This document shows positions 18,583 through 28,567 of a stretch of 64,000 nucleotides of DNA, piece after piece. Origin of the DNA: Saccharolobus islandicus REY15A. GTDB lineage: Archaea; Thermoproteota; Thermoprotei_A; Sulfolobales; Sulfolobaceae. A program made the translations under genes and the position numbers. The first letter of the stretch is position 1; each line of letters begins with the position of its first letter. The notes under the pieces are model-generated. The model was not told where the DNA came from. It made no database searches and saw nothing but the letters and a program-made list of their open reading frames with translations. The stretch lies in NCBI RefSeq assembly GCF_000189555.1, contig NC_017276.1, one strand, 5' to 3'.

Positions 18583-19522
18583 ATAAGTGACACCTTACCT
18601 TTCTATCTTTTACTAAACGAATCTCAGGTAATTCTTCTTTACACCTTCCGAAAGCTTTGGGACACCTATTTAGAAAAGGGCAACCCTTTTCTTTTGACAG
18701 TAATGGATCCTCTAAGGGAACGTTGATGATCTTCACTTCTCCTTTTAAGGAAGGAATCGAGGACACTAATAATGATGTATATGGGTTTAATGCATTATTA
18801 ATGATATCCTCAGTTTTGCCCTCTTCCATGACATAGCCTTTATACATAACCAACAATCTATTAGCTATTTGAGCTATATTAAGTATATCATGCGTTACAT
18901 AAATTATTGTAATTCCTAATTCTTGATTTATAGTTTTTATCAACTTTAATAATAATTCTTGATTAAGCATATCTAATGCACTTGCCGGCTCGTCCATTAA
19001 TATTAACTTAGGATTTAGGAGAAGGCTTAACGCTATCATAACCCTCTGTCTCATACCACCAGATAATTGGAATGGATACATGCTAAGAACACGATTAGGA
19101 TCTAAACTTACTAATTTCAATAATTCCCTTGCTCTCTCAATTACACTTTTCTTATCTGCTTCTCCGTGACTCATTGCTATATAATAGAAAGTCTCACTAA
19201 CAGGTAAAACCGGATTTAAGGCATTCTGACTAGCTTGGGGGACATATGAAATTTCTTTCCACAATAATTTTCTAAACTCGTCTATAGGAATAGCAAATAA
19301 ATCAATGCCACTAAAAACTACTTTCCCAGAGACTACTTTACCTGGGGGTCTTATAGCTCTAAGTATAGCGTTAATGAGTGTAGACTTACCAGAGCCACTT
19401 TCACCAATAATTCCAAGAACTTCACTCTTTTCAACTCCAAAACTGACATCATTAACCGCCCTTACAATCCTATTATTACCACCATCGTAAATCACATTCA
19501 GATTATAAACTTCTAATATCAT
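18563..19522 (-). CDS. Oligopeptide/oligosaccharide ABC transporter ATPase (OppD/DppD-like)
   Basis: GESGSGKS, LSGGMRQR, MDEP, oligo_HPY domain. Confidence 0.92.
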   Translation of the reverse strand: MILEVYNLNVIYDGGNNRIVRAVNDVSFGVEKSEVLGIIGESGSGKSTLINAILRAIRPPGKVVSGKVVFSGIDLFAIPIDEFRKLLWKEISYVPQASQNALNPVLPVSETFYYIAMSHGEADKKSVIERARELLKLVSLDPNRVLSMYPFQLSGGMRQRVMIALSLLLNPKLILMDEPASALDMLNQELLLKLIKTINQELGITIIYVTHDILNIAQIANRLLVMYKGYVMEEGKTEDIINNALNPYTSLLVSSIPSLKGEVKIINVPLEDPLLSKEKGCPFLNRCPKAFGRCKEELPEIRLVKDRKVRCHLYGFNGA

Positions 19523-19583
19523 AACATGTATATAGCTTGTATTTGTTACTTATAGATTTTTCTTCTCGAGAAAATAAAAGGGT

Positions 19584-20471
19584 GTGAAGCAAATTTATAT
19601 TATGATGCAGAATAAATTATTCGAGTATTTTCTGCTTGTATGGAAGAACAAAAAATCTAGGGCAGGATTAATTATAACTGTATTTTATATTATAATCGCA
19701 GTGTTTGGAGAAATTATATTTCCTAAGACGTACTCTTTACACCCTAGCTCAACTACTATATTCATGCCACCACAATTATCAAACTTTTATCTAATCTTTG
19801 GGACTGGGCCATTTGCGGAAAGTATATTGGTGCAAATCGTTCAAGGTGCTCAGTCAGTAATTGAGGTAAGTTTCTTAGCTGGCCTATTCGCTACACTAAT
19901 AGGGATAGCTGTAGGGATAGTGGCAGGCTATCTAGGTGGAATAATTGATGATATACTCATGGGAATAACTGATATTGTGCTAACTTTGCCTAGTATAATA
20001 TTATTAATTGTAGTAGTAAGCGCTTTCAAGACTAGTAATCCAATTATCCTTTCTCTGATATTGAGTATAACTAGTTGGGCTGGATTAGCTAGAGCTGTAA
20101 GATCTCAAGTTCTAGTAATTAGAAATTCCCCGACAATAGAAGTATTAAGGGTATTGGGATTGTCTAGGGGATACATCATATTTAGGGAAGTAGTTCCAAC
20201 CTTGGGTTCATATATTATAATACACTATATATTTAACGTAGAAGCAGCGGTTTACGCGGAAGTAGGATTATACTACTTGGGAGTATTACCCTATAACCCA
20301 AATAATTGGGGAGCAATGATACAACAAGCACTTTCCTATGGAGCAGCTCTAGGTGGGAAGGCAATATATTATCTAGCCTTTCCCACACTTGCAATTGTAG
20401 GCTTTATGAGTGGTCTAATATTGCTAAGTTACGGAATTGATGAAATATCTAATCCTAGAATAAGATCATAA
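19584..20471 (+). CDS. ABC transporter permease (OppC/DppC-like)
   Basis: FGTG..., EAA-like loop and EA.LYYLG motif; multiple TMs. Confidence 0.9.
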   Translation: MKQIYIMMQNKLFEYFLLVWKNKKSRAGLIITVFYIIIAVFGEIIFPKTYSLHPSSTTIFMPPQLSNFYLIFGTGPFAESILVQIVQGAQSVIEVSFLAGLFATLIGIAVGIVAGYLGGIIDDILMGITDIVLTLPSIILLIVVVSAFKTSNPIILSLILSITSWAGLARAVRSQVLVIRNSPTIEVLRVLGLSRGYIIFREVVPTLGSYIIIHYIFNVEAAVYAEVGLYYLGVLPYNPNNWGAMIQQALSYGAALGGKAIYYLAFPTLAIVGFMSGLILLSYGIDEISNPRIRS

Positions 20472-20522
20472 TAAATGAAAAGTGTTAAAAAATCAAATAA
20501 CTTTTTTATATTATAACCCTCT

Positions 20523-22601
20523 CTATCTCCTTCTCATCAAGAATACCACAATTGCAATAATAACGATAATGATAATAATTACAGCAGCAACAATTGGAAT
20601 AATTGAAGATGATGTTGTTGTAACTGTAGTTGTACTCACAGAAGTAGTGACCACAGAAGTGGTTGTCGTAGCTACAGACGTGGTTGTCGTAGTTAAAGTA
20701 GTAGGAACAGTAGTTGTAGTCACAAAGGTCGTAGTTGAAGTAACTATGGTACTCTTGTATAATGGAGCATACCAATAATCTATTAGAGCTTGCATCATTG
20801 CAGTACCACCTATACCGTATTGTGCCTCCGACCATATCCATGAATTGGCAGGTGGAGCTGCAATAAGAAGTGAAGGATTGACGATGACGTAATTCTCAAT
20901 CTCAACTAGAGGTAAAATTGGAAGTAAATATTGGTTCATATAGTATGATAACTGCTGATTAGATTGTATTAGCTGTTGTGTACTATTAGGAGACTCAGTT
21001 TCCTCGAGCAATTTATGGAAGTCAATTACAGTACCATTAGGAAGTGTAAGATTTTCATTCCATTGGGTAACATTCCATGGGTATCCTCCAAAATATGAAA
21101 GCACTAAACTCCATGGCGCAGTACCCGGGGAATATGAACTACCCCAATTCTCAAACCATAAATCATAGCCAGTACCATTTTGCCACGCCTGATGCCACTG
21201 GCTAACTACAGTATATATATGTAATTGTACATTAATTCCAAATTGTTGTAATTCTTTCTGAACCTCCTCCATCATAGCTAAGGCTTGTGTTGGTGGCGCA
21301 CCTGCACCTATAGTTAAAGTAAATGGTGTCCCGTTAGGAGTGTACCACATTCCAGATTTCTGATAGAACCCTACACTTTCAAGTAGTTGCGCAGCCTTCG
21401 TTAAATTGATATTATATGGATTTAACGATGAATAGTATTGCGGAGATGCCATGAATGAATAGTATGACACGTTGGGAATTGCATTAGGGATGGTAACTGG
21501 TGCTGTTAAAGGACCACCCACTGCTGCTATTGCAGTCCTATTTAGAATATATGCAATTGCAGCCCTAACTTGATAGTCTCTTAGCCAAGGATTCTTCAAA
21601 TTGAATGCCAAACCCCAACCGAAGGGTTGAGGTATTTTGATAACCTCAAGCGTAGTTGGCAAACTCTCTAGTTGGGTTGGTGATAATCCAGTTAAACCCG
21701 ACCAGTCCAGAGAAACTTGGCCCCCAGTTATTGCAGCTGCTGCTAAATCTGCTTGTCCATATTGATACACTACTATTTGGTTAAATGGTATATATTTGGC
21801 GTTATAGTAATAGGGATTCTTATTCAGTACTATTTCATTAGATGACAGTTGTGATAGGTAGAATGGACCACTATACGGATATGTTGTAGGATTGGGTCTA
21901 AAATGAGTAATTTCTGATCGAATATTCTTAATTATCTGTTGCGCAAGGTTCATATTGCTAGTGTTTTGTATTTTCGTCCAATTACCTAGTATTTGAGCAA
22001 TTATAGGTTTCCAAACCTGATAGGGTATTATAATAGCAACTTCCCCTAAGCCTACCGTATTAATTAGTGTATTAGTAAATAATATTGGTGATAAGGTATC
22101 ATTGGGCCAAGTTTCTATCAGCGTATAATTATTAACTACAGTGTAATTTGGGAATGGAGGCGCACCAAACATATCTAGTATTAAACACGTTGCCATAAGA
22201 TCATAAGCTGTTAGGGGTTGCCCATTACTCCATCCAGTATCATTTCTAATAACTAATGTGACATTTATTGGTTTAGTCTGCCAAATTTGTTGCCAATTTG
22301 AGGGGGAGAAGTTCCAAGAAGTTACTATCACTGGAATTGCTTGTCCGTTAGTAACGTTAATTAAAGCAGAATATGCATACAGTAAACCGTAAAAAGCCCC
22401 ACCTAATCCTCCTGCGAATATATTAGGGTTATATGTCGCAAATGAGGAAAATGCTCCCACGTTGGAATTATACCATCCTAGGTAAAGTGTTGATGGGAAT
22501 ACAGAAGATGCTGAACTGGCTATCAATATACCACTCACTGAAGAAAGCATTACAAATATTGAGAATATTATCCCTAGTTCTAATACTAATTCCTTTCGCA
22601 T
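20523..22601 (-). CDS. Family-5 extracellular solute-binding protein (cello-/oligosaccharide CbtA-like by locus context)
   Basis: 692 aa; signal peptide, GPFYL, NPYYY, S/T-rich linker and C-terminal TM with RRR. Confidence 0.88.
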   Translation of the reverse strand: MRKELVLELGIIFSIFVMLSSVSGILIASSASSVFPSTLYLGWYNSNVGAFSSFATYNPNIFAGGLGGAFYGLLYAYSALINVTNGQAIPVIVTSWNFSPSNWQQIWQTKPINVTLVIRNDTGWSNGQPLTAYDLMATCLILDMFGAPPFPNYTVVNNYTLIETWPNDTLSPILFTNTLINTVGLGEVAIIIPYQVWKPIIAQILGNWTKIQNTSNMNLAQQIIKNIRSEITHFRPNPTTYPYSGPFYLSQLSSNEIVLNKNPYYYNAKYIPFNQIVVYQYGQADLAAAAITGGQVSLDWSGLTGLSPTQLESLPTTLEVIKIPQPFGWGLAFNLKNPWLRDYQVRAAIAYILNRTAIAAVGGPLTAPVTIPNAIPNVSYYSFMASPQYYSSLNPYNINLTKAAQLLESVGFYQKSGMWYTPNGTPFTLTIGAGAPPTQALAMMEEVQKELQQFGINVQLHIYTVVSQWHQAWQNGTGYDLWFENWGSSYSPGTAPWSLVLSYFGGYPWNVTQWNENLTLPNGTVIDFHKLLEETESPNSTQQLIQSNQQLSYYMNQYLLPILPLVEIENYVIVNPSLLIAAPPANSWIWSEAQYGIGGTAMMQALIDYWYAPLYKSTIVTSTTTFVTTTTVPTTLTTTTTSVATTTTSVVTTSVSTTTVTTTSSSIIPIVAAVIIIIIVIIAIVVFLMRRR

Positions 22602-22696
22602 AGATATTATTTGTATTTTCCCATTTATAAACTTTGCCTAAACCTTAATGGTATAGTTGAGAAACACTTATATCTTATTAGAAGTAATAATAATTT

Positions 22697-23698
22697 ATGA
22701 ATTATAAATGGCTGATTAGGAGACTGGCATCGGTAATTGTTGCGATATTTGCTACAATAGTCATAAGCTGGGCCTTATTGGAGTTTTCTCCCTACTCTCC
22801 CGCAAATTACATCATGCAATTCATAAATCCACAAGAATTTGCTCAAAAACCTGAACTATATAGTTCACTCATAGATTATTTAAACACTCTGAGACCCCAT
22901 GGGAATCCGTTAATTAGCGCTGCGGATTACATTTGGAATACGTTACATGGAAATCTGGGCTTCTCGATAATAAGCAACGTACCAGTGGCTCAACTGATTG
23001 CAGTTGCGTTACCTTGGACCTTATTCATCGTAGTAACATCTCTTCTAATAAGTTTCTTCCTTGGGATAAGAATAGGCCAGAAACTAGGGTATATGAGGGG
23101 GACTAAGACCGATTCCATATCTACCGTTTCGCTATCGATCTTAAGATCTGTACCAATTTACATCTATGCCGTATTACTTATTTACATACTTGCGTTCACA
23201 TACCATATCTTCCCCACGGGGGGTGCTTACAGCGTAAATGTAACTCCAGGATTTAATCTTCCCTTCATAGCTAGCGTGTTGTATCATGCATTTTTACCAA
23301 TATTCACATTGACCATAGTAAATTTAGTAGGATGGATCTTACAGATGAGGGCAAACACAATATATGTACTTGGCGAAGATTTCGTAAACTTTGCTGAAGT
23401 CTCTGGAATTAAGAAGGATATAATAGAAAAGAAGTATATTGGAAAAAATGCAATACTGCCCCTATACACTAGCTTAGTCATAGCAATAGGATTTTCCTTT
23501 AGTGGGTCAGTATTCGTAGAGCAGACATTTTCCTACCCCGGAGTAGGAAACTTACTAATCAACTCCATAACCTCTAATGACTATCCCACTGAAATGGGAG
23601 TATTCATCATAATAATTGTAGCAGTAATTGTAGGTAATTTAATCGCAGACTTGACATATTCGTTCTTAGATCCTAGAGCTAAGGTAGGTGAAGAATAA
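22697..23698 (+). CDS. ABC transporter permease (OppB/DppB-like)
   Basis: GNLGFS, LPWT, EQTFSYPGVG, DY, LDPR motifs. Confidence 0.9.
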   Translation: MNYKWLIRRLASVIVAIFATIVISWALLEFSPYSPANYIMQFINPQEFAQKPELYSSLIDYLNTLRPHGNPLISAADYIWNTLHGNLGFSIISNVPVAQLIAVALPWTLFIVVTSLLISFFLGIRIGQKLGYMRGTKTDSISTVSLSILRSVPIYIYAVLLIYILAFTYHIFPTGGAYSVNVTPGFNLPFIASVLYHAFLPIFTLTIVNLVGWILQMRANTIYVLGEDFVNFAEVSGIKKDIIEKKYIGKNAILPLYTSLVIAIGFSFSGSVFVEQTFSYPGVGNLLINSITSNDYPTEMGVFIIIIVAVIVGNLIADLTYSFLDPRAKVGEE

Positions 23699-23868
23699 TG
23701 GAGGCGTATAAAACGCTATTGGCTATAGGTTATACACTGTTGCTACTTGACGTTTTTTCACTGGTAATCTATAGGAGTTCCGCAACATTATTTCCTCAGA
23801 TAGTTGTATTGATATTATCAACTTTCATGATAGTATATGCGATCATCCAGATAAGGAACTTAAAATAG
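23698..23868 (+). CDS. Small 56-aa two-TM membrane protein (below the ORF-track cutoff)
   Basis: TAATG stop/start overlap with the permease; MEAYKTLLAIGYTLLLLDVFSLVIYRSSATLFPQIVVLILSTFMIVYAIIQIRNLK. Confidence 0.65.
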   Translation: MEAYKTLLAIGYTLLLLDVFSLVIYRSSATLFPQIVVLILSTFMIVYAIIQIRNLK

Positions 23869-24349
23869 CTTCCTTAAAATTTGAATCGGATTTAAAAAGA
23901 GCAGTATAGATTTTATCTTCTTTACCGTTGATAAGTATTGAATTATTAGATACTGATACTGAAGCAAATTTGAGATTAACATGACCTGAATCACGTAATT
24001 TTTTTAACACTTGTTTGTATGCTAAATCGTATATTCTAAGAAGAGAAGATAAGGTAATCTCCGCCTCCCTTTTTCTGAAGTACAATCCGGGATTATATAG
24101 GCCTGATAATAAGTAATCTAAAGTATCTAGCCTCTCTTTCTTCTCGTTAAGACTCTTTAGGTCTACATAACCATCCTCTAGTAATTTGACAACTTGATTT
24201 AGGGGGATTGGTTCTAATTTTTCCCCGTTCTCTTCAGGTTTAAGATTAGTCCTTACCAATAAAATTCTAGTATGAGGCTTCGATATGTTTTCAAGAAAAT
24301 ACGCATCTATAAAAATATTATCAGTCATATAGAATGGCAATAATTTCAT
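23843..24349 (-). CDS. Hypothetical protein
   Basis: Probable start MKLLPFY at 24349, with an ATGA overlap on the upstream gene. Confidence 0.7.
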   Translation of the reverse strand: MKLLPFYMTDNIFIDAYFLENISKPHTRILLVRTNLKPEENGEKLEPIPLNQVVKLLEDGYVDLKSLNEKKERLDTLDYLLSGLYNPGLYFRKREAEITLSSLLRIYDLAYKQVLKKLRDSGHVNLKFASVSVSNNSILINGKEDKIYTALFKSDSNFKEAILSSLSG

Positions 24350-24819
24350 CCCCTTCGCCTCTCCTTTAATTGAACAGCGTAACCAAGAAGTATAAGACCG
24401 ATAAATAATATGACTCCAGAAGATAAATAGCCAATTCCGGAGAACCAAGAGTTGAAAACTTTTATGGTAAACGAAATAGTAGTTAAATTAGAATACGGAA
24501 GCGATCTAAACTGAATATAAACTGTACCAGAATTCGGAGAAATATATGATATACTAAATGTATTTGCGTTACTTGCAACCTGTTGGGGTAGAATCCCTAT
24601 AATGTAAATGTTAATAGGTTTTGTAGAATTTCCTTCTATTACTATCTTATCATTTTCTTTAATCACAACTGGAAATCCTTGTGCTCCTTCTTCGGCCAAG
24701 GAAATGGTATCCTTTAGAGCGTATACTACTAGAGAAGAATAGAGATACGTAAAAATTACGTCTATCAGACCTATAGCTAATATTACCATTGAAACTGCTA
24801 AAATTGTTCTCCTTTTCAT
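24346..24819 (-). CDS. Hypothetical membrane protein (N- and C-terminal TMs flanking a beta-rich ectodomain)
   Basis: 157 aa ORF; hydropathy pattern. Confidence 0.7.
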   Translation of the reverse strand: MKRRTILAVSMVILAIGLIDVIFTYLYSSLVVYALKDTISLAEEGAQGFPVVIKENDKIVIEGNSTKPINIYIIGILPQQVASNANTFSISYISPNSGTVYIQFRSLPYSNLTTISFTIKVFNSWFSGIGYLSSGVILFIGLILLGYAVQLKERRRG

Positions 24820-24883
24820 ACAATATATACCCTATTTTCTAGCTGATAAAAACTTTATTTTTTCTAAACCTTTACTTACATAC

Positions 24884-26065
24884 ATGACAAAGATTTCGGA
24901 AATTGAAGCGTATATTTTAGGCAAGGAGATTACGAGTGCCCAATGGGCGTCATTAATGGTATTGGTAAAGGTTAAAACAACCGATGGCAGAGTAGGCTGG
25001 GGAGAAACTGTAAGCGCGTTGAGAGCCGAAGCTGTGGCAAATTTTGTAAAGAAGATAAATACTGTATTAAAAGGAAGTGACGTATTTAACGTAGAAAAGA
25101 ACAAGCTAGAATGGTACAAGCATGATTTCAATATGACCATCTCCTTAGAGTCTACAACAGCCTATAGTGCAGTAGATATCGCGTCCTGGGATGTAATTGG
25201 AAAAGAATTGGGAGCTCCATTATATAAATTGCTTGGAGGAAAAACGAGAGATAAAATACTTGTCTACGCAAATGGATGGTATCAAAATTGCGTTAGGCCA
25301 GAGGACTTTGCGGATAAGGCCAAAGAAGTCGTAAAAAAGGGCTACAAGGCTTTGAAGTTCGATCCATTTGGTCCATACTTTAACGATATTTCAAAGAGAG
25401 GTCTAGATATGGCTGAGGAGAGGGTAAAGGCTGTTAGGGAGGCTGTAGGTGATAATGTGGATATTTTAATAGAGCATCATGGTAGGTTTAATGCAAATTC
25501 AGCAATAATGATAGCGAAAAGGTTAGAGAAGTATAATCCATTGTTTATGGAGGAACCAGTTCACCCTGAGGATATGGAAGGGCTTAAAAAATATAGGGCT
25601 AATACGAGCTTAAAGATTGCATTAGGTGAGAGGATAATCAATAAACATCAAGCTTTGCACTTTATGAAAGAGGGATTGGTTGACTTCTTACAAGCTGATC
25701 TATACAGAATTGGTGGAGTTACCGAGACTAAGAAAGTAGTGGGAATTGCTGAAGTCTTTGACGTACTGATGGCTTTCCACAATGCTCAAGGTCCGATATT
25801 AAATGCTGCAACACTACAATTTGATGCGTTTATTCCCAACTTCTTAATACAAGAGTCCTTCTATGATTGGTTCCCAAGTTGGAAGAGGGAGCTAATATAT
25901 GATGGTACACCAGTTGATAGTGGATATGCAATAATACCGGAAAGACCAGGGTTGGGAGTTGAGGTAAACGAGAAAATGTTAGAGAGTTTAAAGGTTAAGG
26001 GTGAGGAATACTTTAATCCAGAGGAACCGGTGTGGGTAGTTAAAGGAACGTGGAAGAATTACTAG
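24884..26065 (+). CDS. Mandelate racemase/enolase-superfamily aldonate (sugar-acid) dehydratase
   Basis: KxD (ALKFDPF), metal ligands IEHHGR / MEEP / GER, His in AFHNA, RPGLGVE. Confidence 0.9.
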   Translation: MTKISEIEAYILGKEITSAQWASLMVLVKVKTTDGRVGWGETVSALRAEAVANFVKKINTVLKGSDVFNVEKNKLEWYKHDFNMTISLESTTAYSAVDIASWDVIGKELGAPLYKLLGGKTRDKILVYANGWYQNCVRPEDFADKAKEVVKKGYKALKFDPFGPYFNDISKRGLDMAEERVKAVREAVGDNVDILIEHHGRFNANSAIMIAKRLEKYNPLFMEEPVHPEDMEGLKKYRANTSLKIALGERIINKHQALHFMKEGLVDFLQADLYRIGGVTETKKVVGIAEVFDVLMAFHNAQGPILNAATLQFDAFIPNFLIQESFYDWFPSWKRELIYDGTPVDSGYAIIPERPGLGVEVNEKMLESLKVKGEEYFNPEEPVWVVKGTWKNY

Positions 26066-26824
26066 TTAGACCTCACCTTTAGAAATTTCCTCTGGATCTG
26101 GTTTTCTACTTATTAGCCTGCCTCCATCTATTACAATCTCAGTTCCAGTAATAAAGGTGTTTAAGTCTGATGCTAGAAAGGCTAATAGGTAAGAGACCTC
26201 TATTGTCCTTCCCATTCTTCCTAATAGAGTTGCAGCTCTTTCATCTAAACTTGCTGGAGGTTCATTATCTTTGGAGTAAATTGGGCCTGGTAACACAGTA
26301 ATAACTTGTATTCCGTATTTTCCCAAATCCACAGCCATACTTCTAGTCATAGATATCAAACCACCTTTAGTAGTGACATAGGCGAAGGATCTCTGTAATG
26401 GAAACTTAGATTGAATTGCAGAGATATTAATTATTTTTCCCTTAATGCCGTTTTTAATCATAAGCCTTGCAGCCATTCTTGATAAAAGAAAAGGCGCAGT
26501 CAAGTTTAAGCTAATCATTTCATTCCACTCTTTTATTGGAATATCAAGCACTGAATATCGTGAATTTCGTGACGCATTATTTATCAAAACATGAATTATT
26601 CCCACGTTTTTCTCATACCATTCAATAAATGAAATAACTTCTTCTCTCCTTGTTAAATCGACTTTTTTGAAATGTAAACCTTTAGGTAGAGAACCAACTT
26701 CTTTCCTGCCTATAACGTAAACATTTGCACCTAATTTACTGAAGAGCTCAGCAGTCTTTAGACCTATACCGGAAGTTCCACCAGTTATAAGAGAAACTTT
26801 TCCGCTTAAATCCAGCTTAATCAT
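26066..26824 (-). CDS. Short-chain dehydrogenase/reductase
   Basis: [12 protein letters not shown], YxxxK (YVTTK), PG motif. Confidence 0.92.
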   Translation of the reverse strand: MIKLDLSGKVSLITGGTSGIGLKTAELFSKLGANVYVIGRKEVGSLPKGLHFKKVDLTRREEVISFIEWYEKNVGIIHVLINNASRNSRYSVLDIPIKEWNEMISLNLTAPFLLSRMAARLMIKNGIKGKIINISAIQSKFPLQRSFAYVTTKGGLISMTRSMAVDLGKYGIQVITVLPGPIYSKDNEPPASLDERAATLLGRMGRTIEVSYLLAFLASDLNTFITGTEIVIDGGRLISRKPDPEEISKGEV

Positions 26825-27118
26825 ATAAAATAATCTTAAACTTGAATAAATAAACTTTGAAGATGTGTAGACTACATTATATATTTTCCAATTATTACGG
26901 CTTGTAATATATAAATATATAAATAGTTACTATATAATTATCTAAGACATAAAAACCAGCCTCGTATATTGATATAAATATCGTATTGTACTTTGATGCT
27001 TTAAAATGATTAATCATATACGCTAGACTTTAAAAAGTTAATAAGGGTAGTTCTCAAACAAAGTAGAAAATTATTCATTGCTATAAAAGTTCTTAAACCG
27101 ATTATGCTACTTTATAAT

Positions 27119-27685
27119 ATGATCTTAAGTTTAATCAAGAATGGGAATACCACATTTAAACCACTAATCCTTCCTATAGTTCTTCTTGCAATTTCTGTTA
27201 ACCCATACACAGAAAGTCTAGAATTTCACTATCCTGCAATTTATATGATTTCTCACTATCTAGTTTACTTCTCTGGAATATTTGTCGGTTATAAGTACTT
27301 TAAGGGCGACGAAATTTCTTTAGCACTTGGGTTGATACCACCTATCTTGTGGCACTTACCATATTTTTTCGCATTAGGTGCTGCTTTCACAACGTACCGG
27401 GCAATTCTCGAAATAACACTTCTTGTTGGCGGAATTCTTGTGGGTTCCTCAATTAAATACGTAAAGTTTTACCTAAAAGTTACATTATTCGCACTCTGGA
27501 TGTTGGGAGACAGTGCACTGGCAATAATATTCATCGTATCGAGTCCTATATATTCAAACGTTGCTTACAATTTCTCTCCTTATTCTCCCTCATCCCTTCC
27601 AATCGCTGGTGTAGCGATGTTCATTGCAATGAATGTGTTCCTAGGATACGTTATAGCTAAATACATAAAAGGAATAGTAGGGTGA
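27119..27685 (+). CDS. DUF1404 (CtaG-like) membrane protein, possible oxidase assembly factor
   Basis: MISHY, ILWHLP, WMLGDS motifs; next to the sox cluster; start 27119 or 27104. Confidence 0.7.
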   Translation: MILSLIKNGNTTFKPLILPIVLLAISVNPYTESLEFHYPAIYMISHYLVYFSGIFVGYKYFKGDEISLALGLIPPILWHLPYFFALGAAFTTYRAILEITLLVGGILVGSSIKYVKFYLKVTLFALWMLGDSALAIIFIVSSPIYSNVAYNFSPYSPSSLPIAGVAMFIAMNVFLGYVIAKYIKGIVG

Positions 27686-27722
27686 GCGAAAAGTCTTTCA
27701 CTAAAAAGGGGTTCTTTAAAAA

Positions 27723-28133
27723 TTAAATTGTATAAAATAGAACAGATGATGTACAAAATAGAGATCCGAAGAATCCTAGTGCCATTAAATAGGCATAGTC
27801 TGGAATTAATAAGCCATAAAAAGCTAAACCACCAGCTGCTGCTATTCCTATAAACAATAGATTCAAGAGAGAAAATAGGTATACTGATCTTATACCTTCT
27901 CTAACAGATTGAGCAAGCATTGCAGCACCGAAAAACCCCACAAGCATGGCAAGGGTTATATGACTTGACAATATTAACGCCTCTGAATAGGCATTTAGTG
28001 GGAATTTATCATAAAATAATGTAGCTATCCCCGCGTAGAATAATCCTGCCAGAAGTATAGTCTCAGCTAAGGAGATATATAACATCAGTCTACTTGGTCT
28101 TATTCTAGACTGTGAAACTACCAACTTACTCAC
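27723..28133 (-). CDS. Four-TM hypothetical membrane protein
   Basis: 136 aa; overlaps the upstream paralogue. Confidence 0.7.
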   Translation of the reverse strand: MSKLVVSQSRIRPSRLMLYISLAETILLAGLFYAGIATLFYDKFPLNAYSEALILSSHITLAMLVGFFGAAMLAQSVREGIRSVYLFSLLNLLFIGIAAAGGLAFYGLLIPDYAYLMALGFFGSLFCTSSVLFYTI

Positions 28134-28509
28134 CCCTTCTTATACTATATATTAAACAACCGGAGGCAGTTATAAGTGCAAATACAAAACCCATTCCCAT
28201 TTGGAGCAAGTAATTCACATCTATCACACCTCCAAAATAAAATGATCCAGCAAACGCTGCAAAAAGGACTGAAAGAACGTTTAGAATAGAGATTACAATT
28301 GCACCATTATCCTTATAACTAACTGCGGATGCGAGCAAACCCATGCTTAATATAGCAACTAGAATTGCACCATATAAATGTATTATTAAGGGTACTCCTT
28401 GAAGAGGAAGGTTGTATACAGCTAATAACATGCCTCCAGCGTAGAGAGCCAATAATATCGCCACCTCACCAGAAGCTATTGCTGGCATATAATTCATTCT
28501 TGACATCAT
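28126..28509 (-). CDS. Four-TM hypothetical membrane protein
   Basis: Probable start MMSRMNY at 28509/28506; the longer tracked ORF overlaps the Rieske gene. Confidence 0.7.
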   Translation of the reverse strand: MMSRMNYMPAIASGEVAILLALYAGGMLLAVYNLPLQGVPLIIHLYGAILVAILSMGLLASAVSYKDNGAIVISILNVLSVLFAAFAGSFYFGGVIDVNYLLQMGMGFVFALITASGCLIYSIRRGE

Positions 28510-28567
28510 CTTGCTTATTTGGATATACTTCTCATACATTAATTCAATAGTTCCCAACCCAATCACC

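Noticed and set aside
20482-20841. V/T-rich ORFs 20482..20778 (+) and 20506..20841 (-)
   Set aside because: Antisense or off-frame shadows of the SBP Ser/Thr linker and TM codons.
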